Translations under genes and position numbers: made by a program
Shown here: positions 27,128 to 36,530 of the stretch, piece by piece
How the letters are laid out: each line of letters begins with the position of its first letter
How positions within the stretch are numbered: the first letter of the stretch is position 1
Notes under the pieces: model-generated
What the model was told of the DNA's origin: nothing
The model's input: the letters and a program-made list of their open reading frames with translations, nothing else
Database searches by the model: none
Source: Burkholderiales bacterium
Lineage (GTDB): Bacteria; Pseudomonadota; Gammaproteobacteria; Burkholderiales; SG8-39
Direction of reading: 5' to 3'
Length of the DNA stretch: 64,000 bases
Assembly: GCA_036379875.1 (NCBI GenBank)
Contig: DASVFV010000098.1
Location: forward strand, 19,828 to 83,827

Positions 27128-27965
27128 CACCATCGTCGACGGCATCCGCACCCGCTACGAGGTGCTCGGCGAGGGGCCGCCGCTCCTCATGTACGCGCCC
27201 GGCGGCTTCGACGCCACGCTGGAGAAGTGGCGCACGCTCGGCGTGTACGAGCGCATCAGGCTGCTCGAGCACCTGCCGAAGAAATTCCGCTGCATCGTGT
27301 TCGACCGGCGCGAGTGCGGGGAGTCGGGCGGGCGCGTCGAGCAGGTCACCTGGCGCCACTACGCCGACCACGGCAAGGCGCTGCTCGGCCACCTCGGCAT
27401 CAAGCGCGCGCACGTCATGGGCGGCTGCATGGGCTGCTCGTGCGTGCTGTCGTTCGCGGTGTCCTACCCCGAGGCCACGCAGAGCATGGTGCTGTGGTGG
27501 CCGGTGGGCGGCGCGAAGTACCGCATCAAGTCGCGCGCGCGCTTCACCGACCACGTCGCCTTCGTGCGCGAGAGCGGCCTGCACGCCGCGGCCGCGCTGG
27601 TGCAGAAGGAAGGCAAGGCGTTCAACGCCGACCCGCGCGGCGGGCCGTGGGCCTCGCCGATCCGCACCGACGCGCGCTTCGCGACCGCGTTCCAGTCCAT
27701 GAACCGCGGCGTCTACACCAGCATCGTGAAAGGCATGCGCGATGCGCTGTTCGACCGCGATACCTCGCCGGGCGCCACGCCGGAAGACCTCTTCAAGCTC
27801 GACATCCCGGCCTACATCGTGCCGGGGCGCGACGAGTCGCACGCCACCTCAGCCGCGCGCTACCTCGAGGAGTGCCTGCCGAAGTCGCAGTACTGGGACG
27901 TGCCGCCCGAGCACCAGACCGAAGCGACCTCGGCGCCGCGGCTGATCGAGTTTCTGGCGCGCTAG
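27120..27965 (+). CDS. Alpha/beta hydrolase fold protein with Cys at the nucleophile elbow
   Basis: 281 aa. The elbow reads VMGGCMGCS (G-x-C-x-G) where G-x-S-x-G is expected. GTG start overlaps the previous gene by 8 nt. Confidence 0.8.
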   Translation: MASTIVDGIRTRYEVLGEGPPLLMYAPGGFDATLEKWRTLGVYERIRLLEHLPKKFRCIVFDRRECGESGGRVEQVTWRHYADHGKALLGHLGIKRAHVMGGCMGCSCVLSFAVSYPEATQSMVLWWPVGGAKYRIKSRARFTDHVAFVRESGLHAAAALVQKEGKAFNADPRGGPWASPIRTDARFATAFQSMNRGVYTSIVKGMRDALFDRDTSPGATPEDLFKLDIPAYIVPGRDESHATSAARYLEECLPKSQYWDVPPEHQTEATSAPRLIEFLAR

Positions 27966-28618
27966 CGGCTGGCCGAGCCGCCGCCGCTGGCCGGCTTCGC
28001 CTCGTCCAGCGGCTTGATCGCCACCTTGCGGAACTTGATCGGCCCGCCCTCGGCGTTCTTGCCGTTCGCGCCGTACTCGAGGGCGAGCGCGCCGCGCGCG
28101 AACTTGGCGTGCTGGATGTTCACGGTCTGCACGCCGTTCAGCACCACCACGAGCTGCTGGCCCTTCGCGGTGATCTCGACGGTATTCCACTTGCCGCCCG
28201 CCTTGGGCGGCTGCGCCACCTTGGCGTACTTCACGATCGCGCCGGTGCCGTAGGCCGGGTCGCGGTCGGAGATGTTCATTTCATACGCGTTGTCGGCGCC
28301 GATGCGCTTCGGATTGGTGACGCGGAAGAAGATCCCGCTGTTGGTGGTCGGGTCGGCCCAGAACTCGGCGCGCAGCTCGAAGTCCTTGTACAGGCCCTTG
28401 GACACCAGGTAGCCGCCCTTGCCGCGGTAGGCGACGATCGCGCCGTCCTCGGCGCGCCAGTTGGCGTCGCCGACGCGCGTCCAGTTCTCCAGGCCCTGCT
28501 CCCCGTCGATCAGCGCGGTCCAGCCGCCGATCTTCGCCAGGTCGGACGGCAGCTGCGCGCAAGATTGAATGCCAAAGCCTGCGATGGCGGCCAGCAACAC
28601 GAACCAGCGGCGTTCCAT
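27962..28618 (-). CDS. Secreted DUF1080 (3-keto-disaccharide hydrolase-like) domain protein
   Basis: Signal peptide, and W..V.DG.I…GYL.S…Y.DFELR.EF…NSGIFFR blocks typical of DUF1080. Confidence 0.85.
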   Translation of the reverse strand: MERRWFVLLAAIAGFGIQSCAQLPSDLAKIGGWTALIDGEQGLENWTRVGDANWRAEDGAIVAYRGKGGYLVSKGLYKDFELRAEFWADPTTNSGIFFRVTNPKRIGADNAYEMNISDRDPAYGTGAIVKYAKVAQPPKAGGKWNTVEITAKGQQLVVVLNGVQTVNIQHAKFARGALALEYGANGKNAEGGPIKFRKVAIKPLDEAKPASGGGSASR

Positions 28619-28763
28619 GGATTCCCCCTTCCTCTCGGAACCGGAAAGTCTAGCGCTAGCAGCCGCCGCAGTCAGTGCCCGGCGTCACGGAAGCGCGCGT
28701 CGCGATACCACGCGGGAGGGGCGCACGTCGGCCTCCGGCGCGGGTTCGATCCATTAAACTCGA

Positions 28764-29879
28764 TTGATTATGAGCGAAAAAGTCCTGGCCGCCGTCAGGA
28801 CCGGGCCGAGCCGGACCGAGCTGCGCGAATTCCCGATGCCGGACATCGCGCCTGACAGCGCGCTGATGAAGATGGAAGTGGCCGGGATTTGCGGCACCGA
28901 CGTCAAGCTCTACAAGACCCCGCCCTCGCCCGCCCCGGTCATCATGGGGCACGAAAACATCGGCGTGATCGCCAGGGCCGGGCGCGAATTCACCCGGCGC
29001 AAGGGCTTCAAGGAAGGCGACCTGGTGTTCGTCGAGCACTACGTGATGTGCGGCAAGTGCGAGTGGTGCCACGCCGGGCAGTACCGCCACTGCCAGAACA
29101 CCGACTGGCGCACCAACCCGGAAGGCATCCGCTACGGCTACACCTCGGCCGAGCGCGCGCCGCACCTCTGGGGCGGGTTTGCGCAATACGTCTACCTGCC
29201 GTGGAACGCGGTGATCCATCGCGTGCCGGAGGGCGTGAGCGCCGAGCTCGCCGGGCTGGTGACGCCGATGGCGAACGGCGTGGAGTGGTCGCTGTTCGAC
29301 GGCGGCGTGGGCTACGACTCGACCGTGCTCATCCAGGGGCCGGGTCAGCAGGGCCTGTCGCAGACCGTGGTCTGCAAGCAGGCCGGCGCCTCGCTCATCA
29401 TCGTCACGGGCACTTCAAAAGACGGCGCACGACTGAAAGTCGCGAAACAGCTCGGCGCCGATTTCACCATCGATGTCGATAAAGAAGATCCGCTCGCGCG
29501 CATCGGGGAAATCACCGGCGGCAAGGGCGTCGACGTGGTGCTCGACTGCACCGCGGGCGCCGGCACCATTGCGGTGCTGCTCGGCATCGAAGCGCTGAAG
29601 CGCAAGGCCGGCACCCTCGTCGTGCAGGGCGAGCTGAAGGAATTCCCCAGCTTCCCGCTCGAGCGCGTCACCACCAAGGCGATCACCATCAAGAGCGCGC
29701 GCGGCCACAGCTACAAGGCCTGCGAGCTGGCGCTCGCCCAGCTCGCATCAAGAAGATTTGCCTTGGAAAAAATGACGACGCACCGCTTCGCGCTGAAGGA
29801 CGTGGACACCGCCATCAAAGCGGTCGGCGGGCAAGGCGTGCCCGACGTCATCCACGCCTCCCTGATGCCCTGGCTTTGA
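28764..29879 (+). CDS. Zinc-dependent alcohol dehydrogenase (MDR family)
   Basis: GICGTDV, GHENIG, structural Zn site CGKCEWC, and nucleotide fold GPGQQGL. Confidence 0.9.
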   Translation: MIMSEKVLAAVRTGPSRTELREFPMPDIAPDSALMKMEVAGICGTDVKLYKTPPSPAPVIMGHENIGVIARAGREFTRRKGFKEGDLVFVEHYVMCGKCEWCHAGQYRHCQNTDWRTNPEGIRYGYTSAERAPHLWGGFAQYVYLPWNAVIHRVPEGVSAELAGLVTPMANGVEWSLFDGGVGYDSTVLIQGPGQQGLSQTVVCKQAGASLIIVTGTSKDGARLKVAKQLGADFTIDVDKEDPLARIGEITGGKGVDVVLDCTAGAGTIAVLLGIEALKRKAGTLVVQGELKEFPSFPLERVTTKAITIKSARGHSYKACELALAQLASRRFALEKMTTHRFALKDVDTAIKAVGGQGVPDVIHASLMPWL

Positions 29880-29978
29880 ACGGCGCGGAATAGTTGTCCG
29901 GCGCGCGCTGTTCTCCCGTTCGCAGCTCTCGCGCGGGCACTGCAACTCGTTCACTAACCAGAATGGAGGAGCGTGCTC

Positions 29979-30449
29979 ATGAGGAACATCTTTGTCATAG
30001 CGATGGCGCTCGGCTTCGCCCTGCCCGCCGCGGCCGACGATCGCCTGGTCCGGTTCGACGGCGGCATCGGCGTGATTCCTACCGGGTCGACGAACACCAC
30101 GGTGCGCGGCGTCGCGGCGGCCGGGCAGATCTGGGTGATCTCGCGCCTTACGGCCGACGTGCAGACCGACGGCAGCATCACGGTCGACGGACGCGGCCTG
30201 CTGCTCGGCGCCGGCAACAATGTCGGCTTGAACGCCAACGCCAGCGTGTTCGCCACGCTGATCTGCGAGACCGCGGCGCCGTTCGTGCAGCGCAATACTG
30301 ACCTCGCCGGCGTGGCGCTGGAGCCGAACGGCGATTTCCGCATCCGGGGAACGCTGACCCCCGCGCCGACCGGCTGCCCCAGCCCGGTGCTGCTGATCCG
30401 CAATGCCGCGAACGGCGGCTGGTTCGCCGCCGGGATCCTGAAGCTCTAG
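29979..30449 (+). CDS. Secreted hypothetical protein
   Basis: Signal peptide MRNIFVIAMALGFALPAAA/DD with a GGAGGA SD 8 nt upstream of ATG 29979. No recognisable domain. Confidence 0.6.
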   Translation: MRNIFVIAMALGFALPAAADDRLVRFDGGIGVIPTGSTNTTVRGVAAAGQIWVISRLTADVQTDGSITVDGRGLLLGAGNNVGLNANASVFATLICETAAPFVQRNTDLAGVALEPNGDFRIRGTLTPAPTGCPSPVLLIRNAANGGWFAAGILKL

Positions 30450-31361
30450 CTACTCGGGCTTCACGCCGGCGGAGCGGATCACCGCGCCCCAGCGCTCGGT
30501 CTCCGCCTTCATGAACGCCGCGGTCTCGGCGGGGTTCATGCCGAGGGGATCGGCGGACAGCTCGGAGAGGCGGCGCAGGATGTCCGGATTGCGCAGCGCC
30601 GCCTCGACGCCGGCGGCAACCTTGTCGGCAATCGCCCGCGGCGTCTTCGGCGGGCCGACGATGCCGGACCATGCCACCGACTCGAAGCCGGGCAGCGTCT
30701 CCGCGACGGTCTGCACGTCCGGAAGCGAGCGATAGCGCCGCGTGCTCGCCACCGCGAGCGCGCGCAGCTTGCCGGCCTTCACGTGCGGCAGCGCGACGTC
30801 GAGGCGGTCGAACAAGATGTCCGCCTGCCCGGATGGGACGCGCCTGATTTGCAGCCCGCCCGCCATGCTCTTGAAGAGCTCCGCCGCCAGGTGTGAAGCC
30901 GTGCCGCCGCCCTGCGAGGCGTAGCTCAGCTTGCCCGGGTTTTGCCTTGCGTAAGCCATCAATTCCGGGACGGTGCGCGCCTGCACCTTCGGCTGCACGA
31001 GCAGCACGTTCGGGACCGCGGCGATCACCGTGATCGGCACGAAGCGCGTCGCGTCGTATCCGGGCTTGGGATAAAGCAGCGGGTTGATGACGAACGGCGG
31101 CGCAGCGGAAAGGAGCGTGTAGCCGTCGGGTGCGGCCTGGTACACCGCGGCGGCGCCCAGGTTGCCGTCGGAGCCCGGGCGGTTGTCCACGATGACCGGC
31201 TGTGCCCACTGCTTCGCCAGGCTCTCGGCGATGTAGCGCGGCAGCAGATCGGCGCTGCCGCCGGCCGCGGCCGGCACGACGATGTGCACCGGCTTGGCGG
31301 GCCACTCCTGCGCGAGCGCGCTTGCGGCGAGGAGAACGAAACCGAGGAAGAGCGCGCGCAC
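30450..31361 (-). CDS. Bug family (TctC-like) tripartite tricarboxylate transporter substrate-binding protein
   Basis: Start corrected to GTG 31361 (VRALFLGFVLLAASALA/QEWPAKPVHIVVP). The AAGGSADL block is typical of Bug proteins. Confidence 0.85.
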   Translation of the reverse strand: MRALFLGFVLLAASALAQEWPAKPVHIVVPAAAGGSADLLPRYIAESLAKQWAQPVIVDNRPGSDGNLGAAAVYQAAPDGYTLLSAAPPFVINPLLYPKPGYDATRFVPITVIAAVPNVLLVQPKVQARTVPELMAYARQNPGKLSYASQGGGTASHLAAELFKSMAGGLQIRRVPSGQADILFDRLDVALPHVKAGKLRALAVASTRRYRSLPDVQTVAETLPGFESVAWSGIVGPPKTPRAIADKVAAGVEAALRNPDILRRLSELSADPLGMNPAETAAFMKAETERWGAVIRSAGVKPE

Positions 31362-31374
31362 GCGCTGATTATAA

Positions 31375-31418
31375 TGAGGCGCGCATCGTGACCAGGTGAG
31401 GCGCGCATCGTGACCAGG
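31375..31418 (+). repeat. Perfect 22-bp tandem duplication (TGAGGCGCGCATCGTGACCAGG x2) spanning the cupin start codon
   Basis: Read directly from the sequence. Copy 1 is 31375-31396 and copy 2 is 31397-31418. Confidence 0.95.
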
Positions 31419-31694
31419 CCCAAGGCATCGTCGAAGCGTCTGCAGGAAACCGAGCGGGTCATCATCACGGAGTGGCGCCTCTCCGCCGGCGCCGAGACCG
31501 GATGGCACCGCCACGCGCACGATTACATCGTGGTGTGCCTGACTGCCGGGCAGCTCACCGCCGAGACGAAGGACGGGAACGTCGTCAACAATCTCGCCAT
31601 GGGCCAGACCTACACCCGCCCGGTCGGCGTCGAGCACAACATCGTCAATACCGGCGCGGCGGAATTCGCCTTCATCGAGGTGGAGCTCAAATGA
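31410..31694 (+). CDS. Cupin domain protein
   Basis: GWHRHAHDYIVVCL…GVEHNIVN cupin motifs. GTG start lies inside repeat copy 2. Confidence 0.7.
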   Translation: MTRPKASSKRLQETERVIITEWRLSAGAETGWHRHAHDYIVVCLTAGQLTAETKDGNVVNNLAMGQTYTRPVGVEHNIVNTGAAEFAFIEVELK

Positions 31695-32080
31695 CGCGCA
31701 AGCTGGTCTCGTCGGGATCGGGCTTCGAGCCGCGCATCGGGTTCTCGCGCGCGGTGCGGGTAGGCAACATGGTGGCGGTCTCGGGCACGGCGCCGATCGC
31801 GCCGGACGGCGGCGTCGCGGCGCCGGGCGATTGCTACGGGCAGACCCGGCGTTGCCTGGAGATCATCGCGCAGGCGATCGCGAAGGCGGGTCTCGGCCTG
31901 GACAGCGTGATTCGAACCCGCGTCATGCTCACCGACATCTCGCGCTGGGAAGAAGCGGCGCGCGCGCACGGCGAGGTGTTCGGCGAGATCCGGCCGGCGT
32001 CCACGTTCGTGGAAGTGAAAGGCTTGATCGAGCGCGGCTGGCTGGTCGAGATCGAAGCGGACTGCGTCGCCGAAAAGTGA
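31691..32080 (+). CDS. RidA/YjgF family protein
   Basis: Start at ATG 31691 (ATGA overlap). Blocks VRVGNMVAVSGT and PASTFVEVKGL…LVEIEA are present. Confidence 0.85.
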   Translation: MTRKLVSSGSGFEPRIGFSRAVRVGNMVAVSGTAPIAPDGGVAAPGDCYGQTRRCLEIIAQAIAKAGLGLDSVIRTRVMLTDISRWEEAARAHGEVFGEIRPASTFVEVKGLIERGWLVEIEADCVAEK

Positions 32081-32877
32081 GCTACGCGTACGTCCACGGC
32101 TACGAGCGGCGCGCCAACGCGCGCCTGCAGGACCAGCACGACGCGCTGGTCGATCTGCTGCACCACGACACGCGCTATCCCGAGGGCAGCCGGGTGCTCG
32201 AGGCCGGCTGCGGCACCGGTGCCCAGACGGCCACGCTGACGCGGAACAGTCCGCGCGCGCAATTCGTGTCGATCGACATCTCGACCAAGTCGCTGGCCGC
32301 GGCGAAGGAGAAAGTGCCGGCCGCGAACGTGCAGTTCCAGCAGGCCGACGTGCTCGCGCTGCCCTTCGCGCCCGCGTCGTTCGACCACGTGTTCGTCTGC
32401 TTCCTGCTCGAGCACCTGCCGCGGCCGCTCGAGGCGCTCGAGCGCCTCAAGGCGGTGCTCAAGCCCGGCGGCACGATCACGGTGATCGAGGGCGACCATG
32501 GCTCGACCTACTTCCATCCCGATAGCGCGGCCGCTTATGACGCGATCCGCTGCCAGGTCGAGCTGCAGCGCCGCTCGGGCGGCAACGCCAACATCGGGCG
32601 CGAGCTCTACCCGCTCGTCACGCGCGCCGGGTTCGACGCGGTGCGCGTGTCGCCGCGCATGGTGTACGTGGACTCGAGCCGCCCGCACCTGGTTGAGATG
32701 TTCACGCGCCGCACCTTCGCCGCGATGATCGAGGGCGTGCGCGAAGACGCGCTGCAGGCGGGCCTGATCTCGGCCGAGCGCTTCGACGAGGGTATTCGCG
32801 CGCTGTACCGCAGCGCCGACACGGACGGCGTGTTTTGCTATACCTTCTTCAAGGGGACCGGAACGAGACCGAAATGA
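32077..32877 (+). CDS. Class I SAM-dependent methyltransferase
   Basis: GTG start 32077 (GTGA overlap). Motif I VLEAGCGTG and LKPGGTITV are present. Confidence 0.8.
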   Translation: MSYAYVHGYERRANARLQDQHDALVDLLHHDTRYPEGSRVLEAGCGTGAQTATLTRNSPRAQFVSIDISTKSLAAAKEKVPAANVQFQQADVLALPFAPASFDHVFVCFLLEHLPRPLEALERLKAVLKPGGTITVIEGDHGSTYFHPDSAAAYDAIRCQVELQRRSGGNANIGRELYPLVTRAGFDAVRVSPRMVYVDSSRPHLVEMFTRRTFAAMIEGVREDALQAGLISAERFDEGIRALYRSADTDGVFCYTFFKGTGTRPK

Positions 32878-35800
32878 AGCCCTGGCTGCGCAGGATCCCG
32901 CGCCCGAAGCTGCTCCTCGCGCTCGCCACGCTGTTCGCCCTTTACCTCCTGCTCGGCGGCTATTTCCTGCCGCGCTACATCGAGCGCGCCATCCCGCAAT
33001 ACGTCGCCGAGCAGCTCAAGCGCAAGGCGAGCGTGCGCTCGGTCAGCTTCAACCCGCTGCTCTTCAAGCTCGAGCTGAACGACGTCGTGCTCATGGAGGC
33101 CGACGAGCGGCTGATCGCGCGCTTCCGGCGCCTGCTGGTGGACTTCGAGCTCTCCAGCCTCGCGCGCTGGGCGTGGACCTTCCAGACCGTCGCGCTCGAC
33201 GGGCTCGAGGTGCTGATCGACATCGCGCCCGACGAGAGCGTGAACCTGGCGGCGCTGGCCGACAGCCTGCCGAAGGGCGAGCCCAAGCCCGACGCCGCGC
33301 CGCCGCGCCTCGTGCTGCAGCACATCGACATCACCGACGCGGCCCTCACGTTCAGCGACCGCTCGGGCGAGCGGCCGCGGTTCGAGAGCGTGCGCGCGCT
33401 CGCGCTCGAGCTGCGCGACATCAGCACCCTGCCCGACCACCGCGGGCCCTACAGCATCGCGGCGCGCCTGCCCGCCGGCGCCACGCTATCGTGGCGCGGC
33501 GAGGTCTCGCTGCAGCCGATCTTCTCCGCCGGCGAGGTCGAGCTGAAAGCGGCCAAGCCGGCCACCGTGTGGCGCTTCCTGCAGGACGAGCTGGAGATCG
33601 CCGAGCCGCAGGGCGAGGTGGACGTCGCGCTGCGCTATCGCACCGCGTACGCGAAGGGCGCGCTCGAGCTCGGCGTGGAGGACCTGCGCGTCGCCGCGCG
33701 CGATCTCGCCGTTTCGCTGCGCGGCGCGAAGCAGCCGTTCTTCGCGCTCAAGGCCGCGCGCGCCAGCGGCGGGCGCTTCGACCTCGGCCGGCGCGAGCTG
33801 CGCGTGCCGCAGATCGAGCTGCGCGGCAGCACGGTGCGAGCCGAGATCGACGCGGCCGGCAAGCTCGACCTCGCCAGCCTGACGCGCGGTTCCCCGGCGG
33901 CGCCGCAAAAGCCCTCCGCGGGCGCGCCGTGGCGCGTGAACCTCGATTCGGTGCGGCTCGGCGACATCGCGCTCCAGCTGCGCGATCTCAGCCGCGTCGC
34001 GCCGCTCGCACTCGGCATCGGCTCGCTGGAGGCGGACCTTTCGGTGGCGCTGCAAACCGGCGCCGCGTCGCAGCTTACGATCGGCGACATCGGCGTGCGG
34101 CTCTCGAGCGTCACGGCCGGCCCTGCCGACGCCGAGCCGCTCATCGCGCTCTCGAGCATCGCCCTCGAAGGCGGCAGCGTCGACCTCGCCGGGCAGCGCT
34201 TCGCGGCACGCCGCCTGCGCCTCGAGGGCGGCTCGATCCAGCTCGCGCGCGAAGCCGACGCACGGCTGCCGCTGCTCGACCTTTTCACCTCGAAAATCCC
34301 TAAGCAGGAGAACAGCGGCGGCAAGCCCTGGGGGCTCGCGCTCGATGCCTTCGAGCTGCAAGCGCTCAAGATCGCGCTCGCCGACCGGAGCTTCACGCCG
34401 CCGGTGGCGTACGACATCGACCCGCTCACCGTGGCGGTGAAGAACATCAGCAACGAGGGGCGCGCGCCGATCCGCATGGAGGCCGCGCTGCGCGTCGCGC
34501 AGGGCGGCACGCTGCGCGTGAGCGGCGAGACCGTGCCGGCCGGGAACCGCGCCTCCGCGCGGGCGACGCTCGAGCGCCTGAGCCTCAAGCCCCTGCAGCC
34601 CGTGGTCGCGACGCATACCACGCTCGCGCTCGGCTCGGGCGACGTCTCGGCCTCCGTGCAGGCGCAGTACCGCGCGCTCAAGGATCGCGCCGAGGTGCGC
34701 GCGAGCGGCAGCGCGAGCCTCGACGACCTGCTGCTCGCCGAGGCTGCGAGCGGCGAGCCGCTGCTCGGCTGGAAATCGGTCGCGGCGAGCGGCATCGCGT
34801 TCAGCCTGGCGCCCGACCGCCTGGCGGTCGCCGATATCGTGCTGCGCGGCCTGCAGGCGAAGATCGTGGTCGCGAAGGACCGCAGCCTCAATCTCGCGCA
34901 GGCCATCAGGCCCGCGCCGGACGCGGCGAAAAGCGAGCCGCCGCGCGCCGAGCCGTTTCCCCTCGCGATCGAGCGCGTGCGCCTCGACAAGGCGGCGGTC
35001 GACTTCAGCGACCTCAGCCTGGTGCTGCCGTTCGCCGCCAAGATCGAGGACTTCGAGGGCGACGTGCTCGGCCTGAGCACCGACAGGGCGAGCCGCGCGG
35101 TGACCAAGATGGAGGGCCGCGTCGACCAGTTCGGCCTCGCGCGCGTGGAGGGCAGCCTCGCGACCTTCGACCCGAAGGCGTTCCTCGACCTGCGCGTGAC
35201 GTTCCGCAACGTCGAGATGGTGCCGCTCTCGCCCTATACGGCCACCTTCGCCGGCCGGCGCATCGAGGCGGGACGGCTCGGCCTCGATCTCCAGTACAAG
35301 ATCGACAAAGGCGCCCTCGCCGGCGACAACAAGGTGGAGCTCGACAAGTTCACGCTCGGCGAGCGCGTCGAGGCGCCCGGCGCGCTCAACCTGCCGCTCG
35401 ACCTCGCGGTCGCGCTGCTTACCGACTCGGAGGGGCGCATCGCGCTAGCCGTCCCGGTGAAGGGCAACGTCAACGAGCCGGAGTTCTCCTACGGGCACGT
35501 GATCTGGCAGGCGATCACGACCGTGCTCACGAACATCGTCACCGCGCCGTTCCGCGCGCTGTTCGGCGGCGGCGGCGACGCGGTGGAAAGCATCGCCTTC
35601 GACGCCGGGCGCGGCGCGCTCACGCCGCCCGAGCGCGAGAAGCTGAAGCGCGTCGCCGAGGCCCTCGCCAAGCGTCCGCAGCTCAAGCTGGTGGTCGAGG
35701 GGCAGTACGGCGAGGCCGACCGCGCCGCGCTGCGCCAGCGCGACGTGGCCATGGCGATCTCGACCAGGCTCGAGCGCGAGGTCGAGGGCGGCGAGCCGCA

Positions 35801-36194
35801 GCCGGTCAACGCACGCGACGCGCGCACCCAGCGCGCGCTGGAAGAGCTGTTCGTCGAGCGCGCTTCCGAACAGGCATTCACCGCTTTTGCGGAGGAAACC
35901 GCCAAGGCGCGCGGCAAGCCGGTGCAGCGCGTCAGCCGGCTGGCCGCGCTGACCGGCAACGCGAGCGAAGACGGAGAGTTCTACGACGCCCTGCTCGCGC
36001 GCCTGGTCGAGAGCGCGCCGCTGCCCGCCGAGGCGCTCGAGAAGCTCGGCGCGGCGCGCGCCGGCGCGGTCGAGCAGCACCTCGTCCAGGCGCTCGCGGT
36101 GCCCGCCGCGCGCGTCGAGCGCAAGCCCGCCTCGAGCGCCGACGGCGTGCGCGCGAAACTCGCGCTCGACGTGGCGGGCTCCACTAAGATGTAG
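32874..36194 (+). CDS. DUF748 domain protein (AsmA-like, N-terminally membrane-anchored, 1106 aa)
   Basis: Start at ATG 32874 (ATGA overlap). It has an N-terminal TM helix and long repetitive beta-rich sequence. DUF748-type blocks are recognised by eye. Confidence 0.8.
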   Translation: MKPWLRRIPRPKLLLALATLFALYLLLGGYFLPRYIERAIPQYVAEQLKRKASVRSVSFNPLLFKLELNDVVLMEADERLIARFRRLLVDFELSSLARWAWTFQTVALDGLEVLIDIAPDESVNLAALADSLPKGEPKPDAAPPRLVLQHIDITDAALTFSDRSGERPRFESVRALALELRDISTLPDHRGPYSIAARLPAGATLSWRGEVSLQPIFSAGEVELKAAKPATVWRFLQDELEIAEPQGEVDVALRYRTAYAKGALELGVEDLRVAARDLAVSLRGAKQPFFALKAARASGGRFDLGRRELRVPQIELRGSTVRAEIDAAGKLDLASLTRGSPAAPQKPSAGAPWRVNLDSVRLGDIALQLRDLSRVAPLALGIGSLEADLSVALQTGAASQLTIGDIGVRLSSVTAGPADAEPLIALSSIALEGGSVDLAGQRFAARRLRLEGGSIQLAREADARLPLLDLFTSKIPKQENSGGKPWGLALDAFELQALKIALADRSFTPPVAYDIDPLTVAVKNISNEGRAPIRMEAALRVAQGGTLRVSGETVPAGNRASARATLERLSLKPLQPVVATHTTLALGSGDVSASVQAQYRALKDRAEVRASGSASLDDLLLAEAASGEPLLGWKSVAASGIAFSLAPDRLAVADIVLRGLQAKIVVAKDRSLNLAQAIRPAPDAAKSEPPRAEPFPLAIERVRLDKAAVDFSDLSLVLPFAAKIEDFEGDVLGLSTDRASRAVTKMEGRVDQFGLARVEGSLATFDPKAFLDLRVTFRNVEMVPLSPYTATFAGRRIEAGRLGLDLQYKIDKGALAGDNKVELDKFTLGERVEAPGALNLPLDLAVALLTDSEGRIALAVPVKGNVNEPEFSYGHVIWQAITTVLTNIVTAPFRALFGGGGDAVESIAFDAGRGALTPPEREKLKRVAEALAKRPQLKLVVEGQYGEADRAALRQRDVAMAISTRLEREVEGGEPQPVNARDARTQRALEELFVERASEQAFTAFAEETAKARGKPVQRVSRLAALTGNASEDGEFYDALLARLVESAPLPAEALEKLGAARAGAVEQHLVQALAVPAARVERKPASSADGVRAKLALDVAGSTKM

Positions 36195-36197
36195 GCC

Positions 36198-36530
36198 ATG
36201 AAGAACGACGCCCCGCTGTACGAAGTCGAGCGCCGCGCCGAGCACGCCGCGCGCCCCGGCTTCCGCATCACCGAGCTGCAGATCTCGAAGAGCCAGAAGG
36301 TGCCGTGGCACTACCACAGCAACGTGCAGGACACCTTCTACGTGCTGGAAGGCGAGCTGCGCATCTTCCTGCAGGAGCCGAAGGAGGAAGTGCGTTTGAA
36401 GCCCGGCGAGAGCTTCACCGCGCGCGTGCGCCGCCCGCACCTCGTGACCAACGCCGGCGAGACCTCCGCCACCTTCCTCGTGCTGCAGGGCATCGGCCAA
36501 TACGACTTCGTCCCCCTGGTGAACAAATGA
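36198..36530 (+). CDS. Cupin domain protein
   Basis: VPWHYHSNVQDTFYVLEGEL…PHLVTN. Confidence 0.8.
   Translation: MKNDAPLYEVERRAEHAARPGFRITELQISKSQKVPWHYHSNVQDTFYVLEGELRIFLQEPKEEVRLKPGESFTARVRRPHLVTNAGETSATFLVLQGIGQYDFVPLVNK

Noticed and set aside
28743-28753. A tRNA-like T-loop string GGGTTCGATCC in the DUF1080/ADH intergenic region.
   Set aside because: The flanks cannot form a T-stem, acceptor stem or anticodon arm. I could not support a tRNA anywhere in the window.
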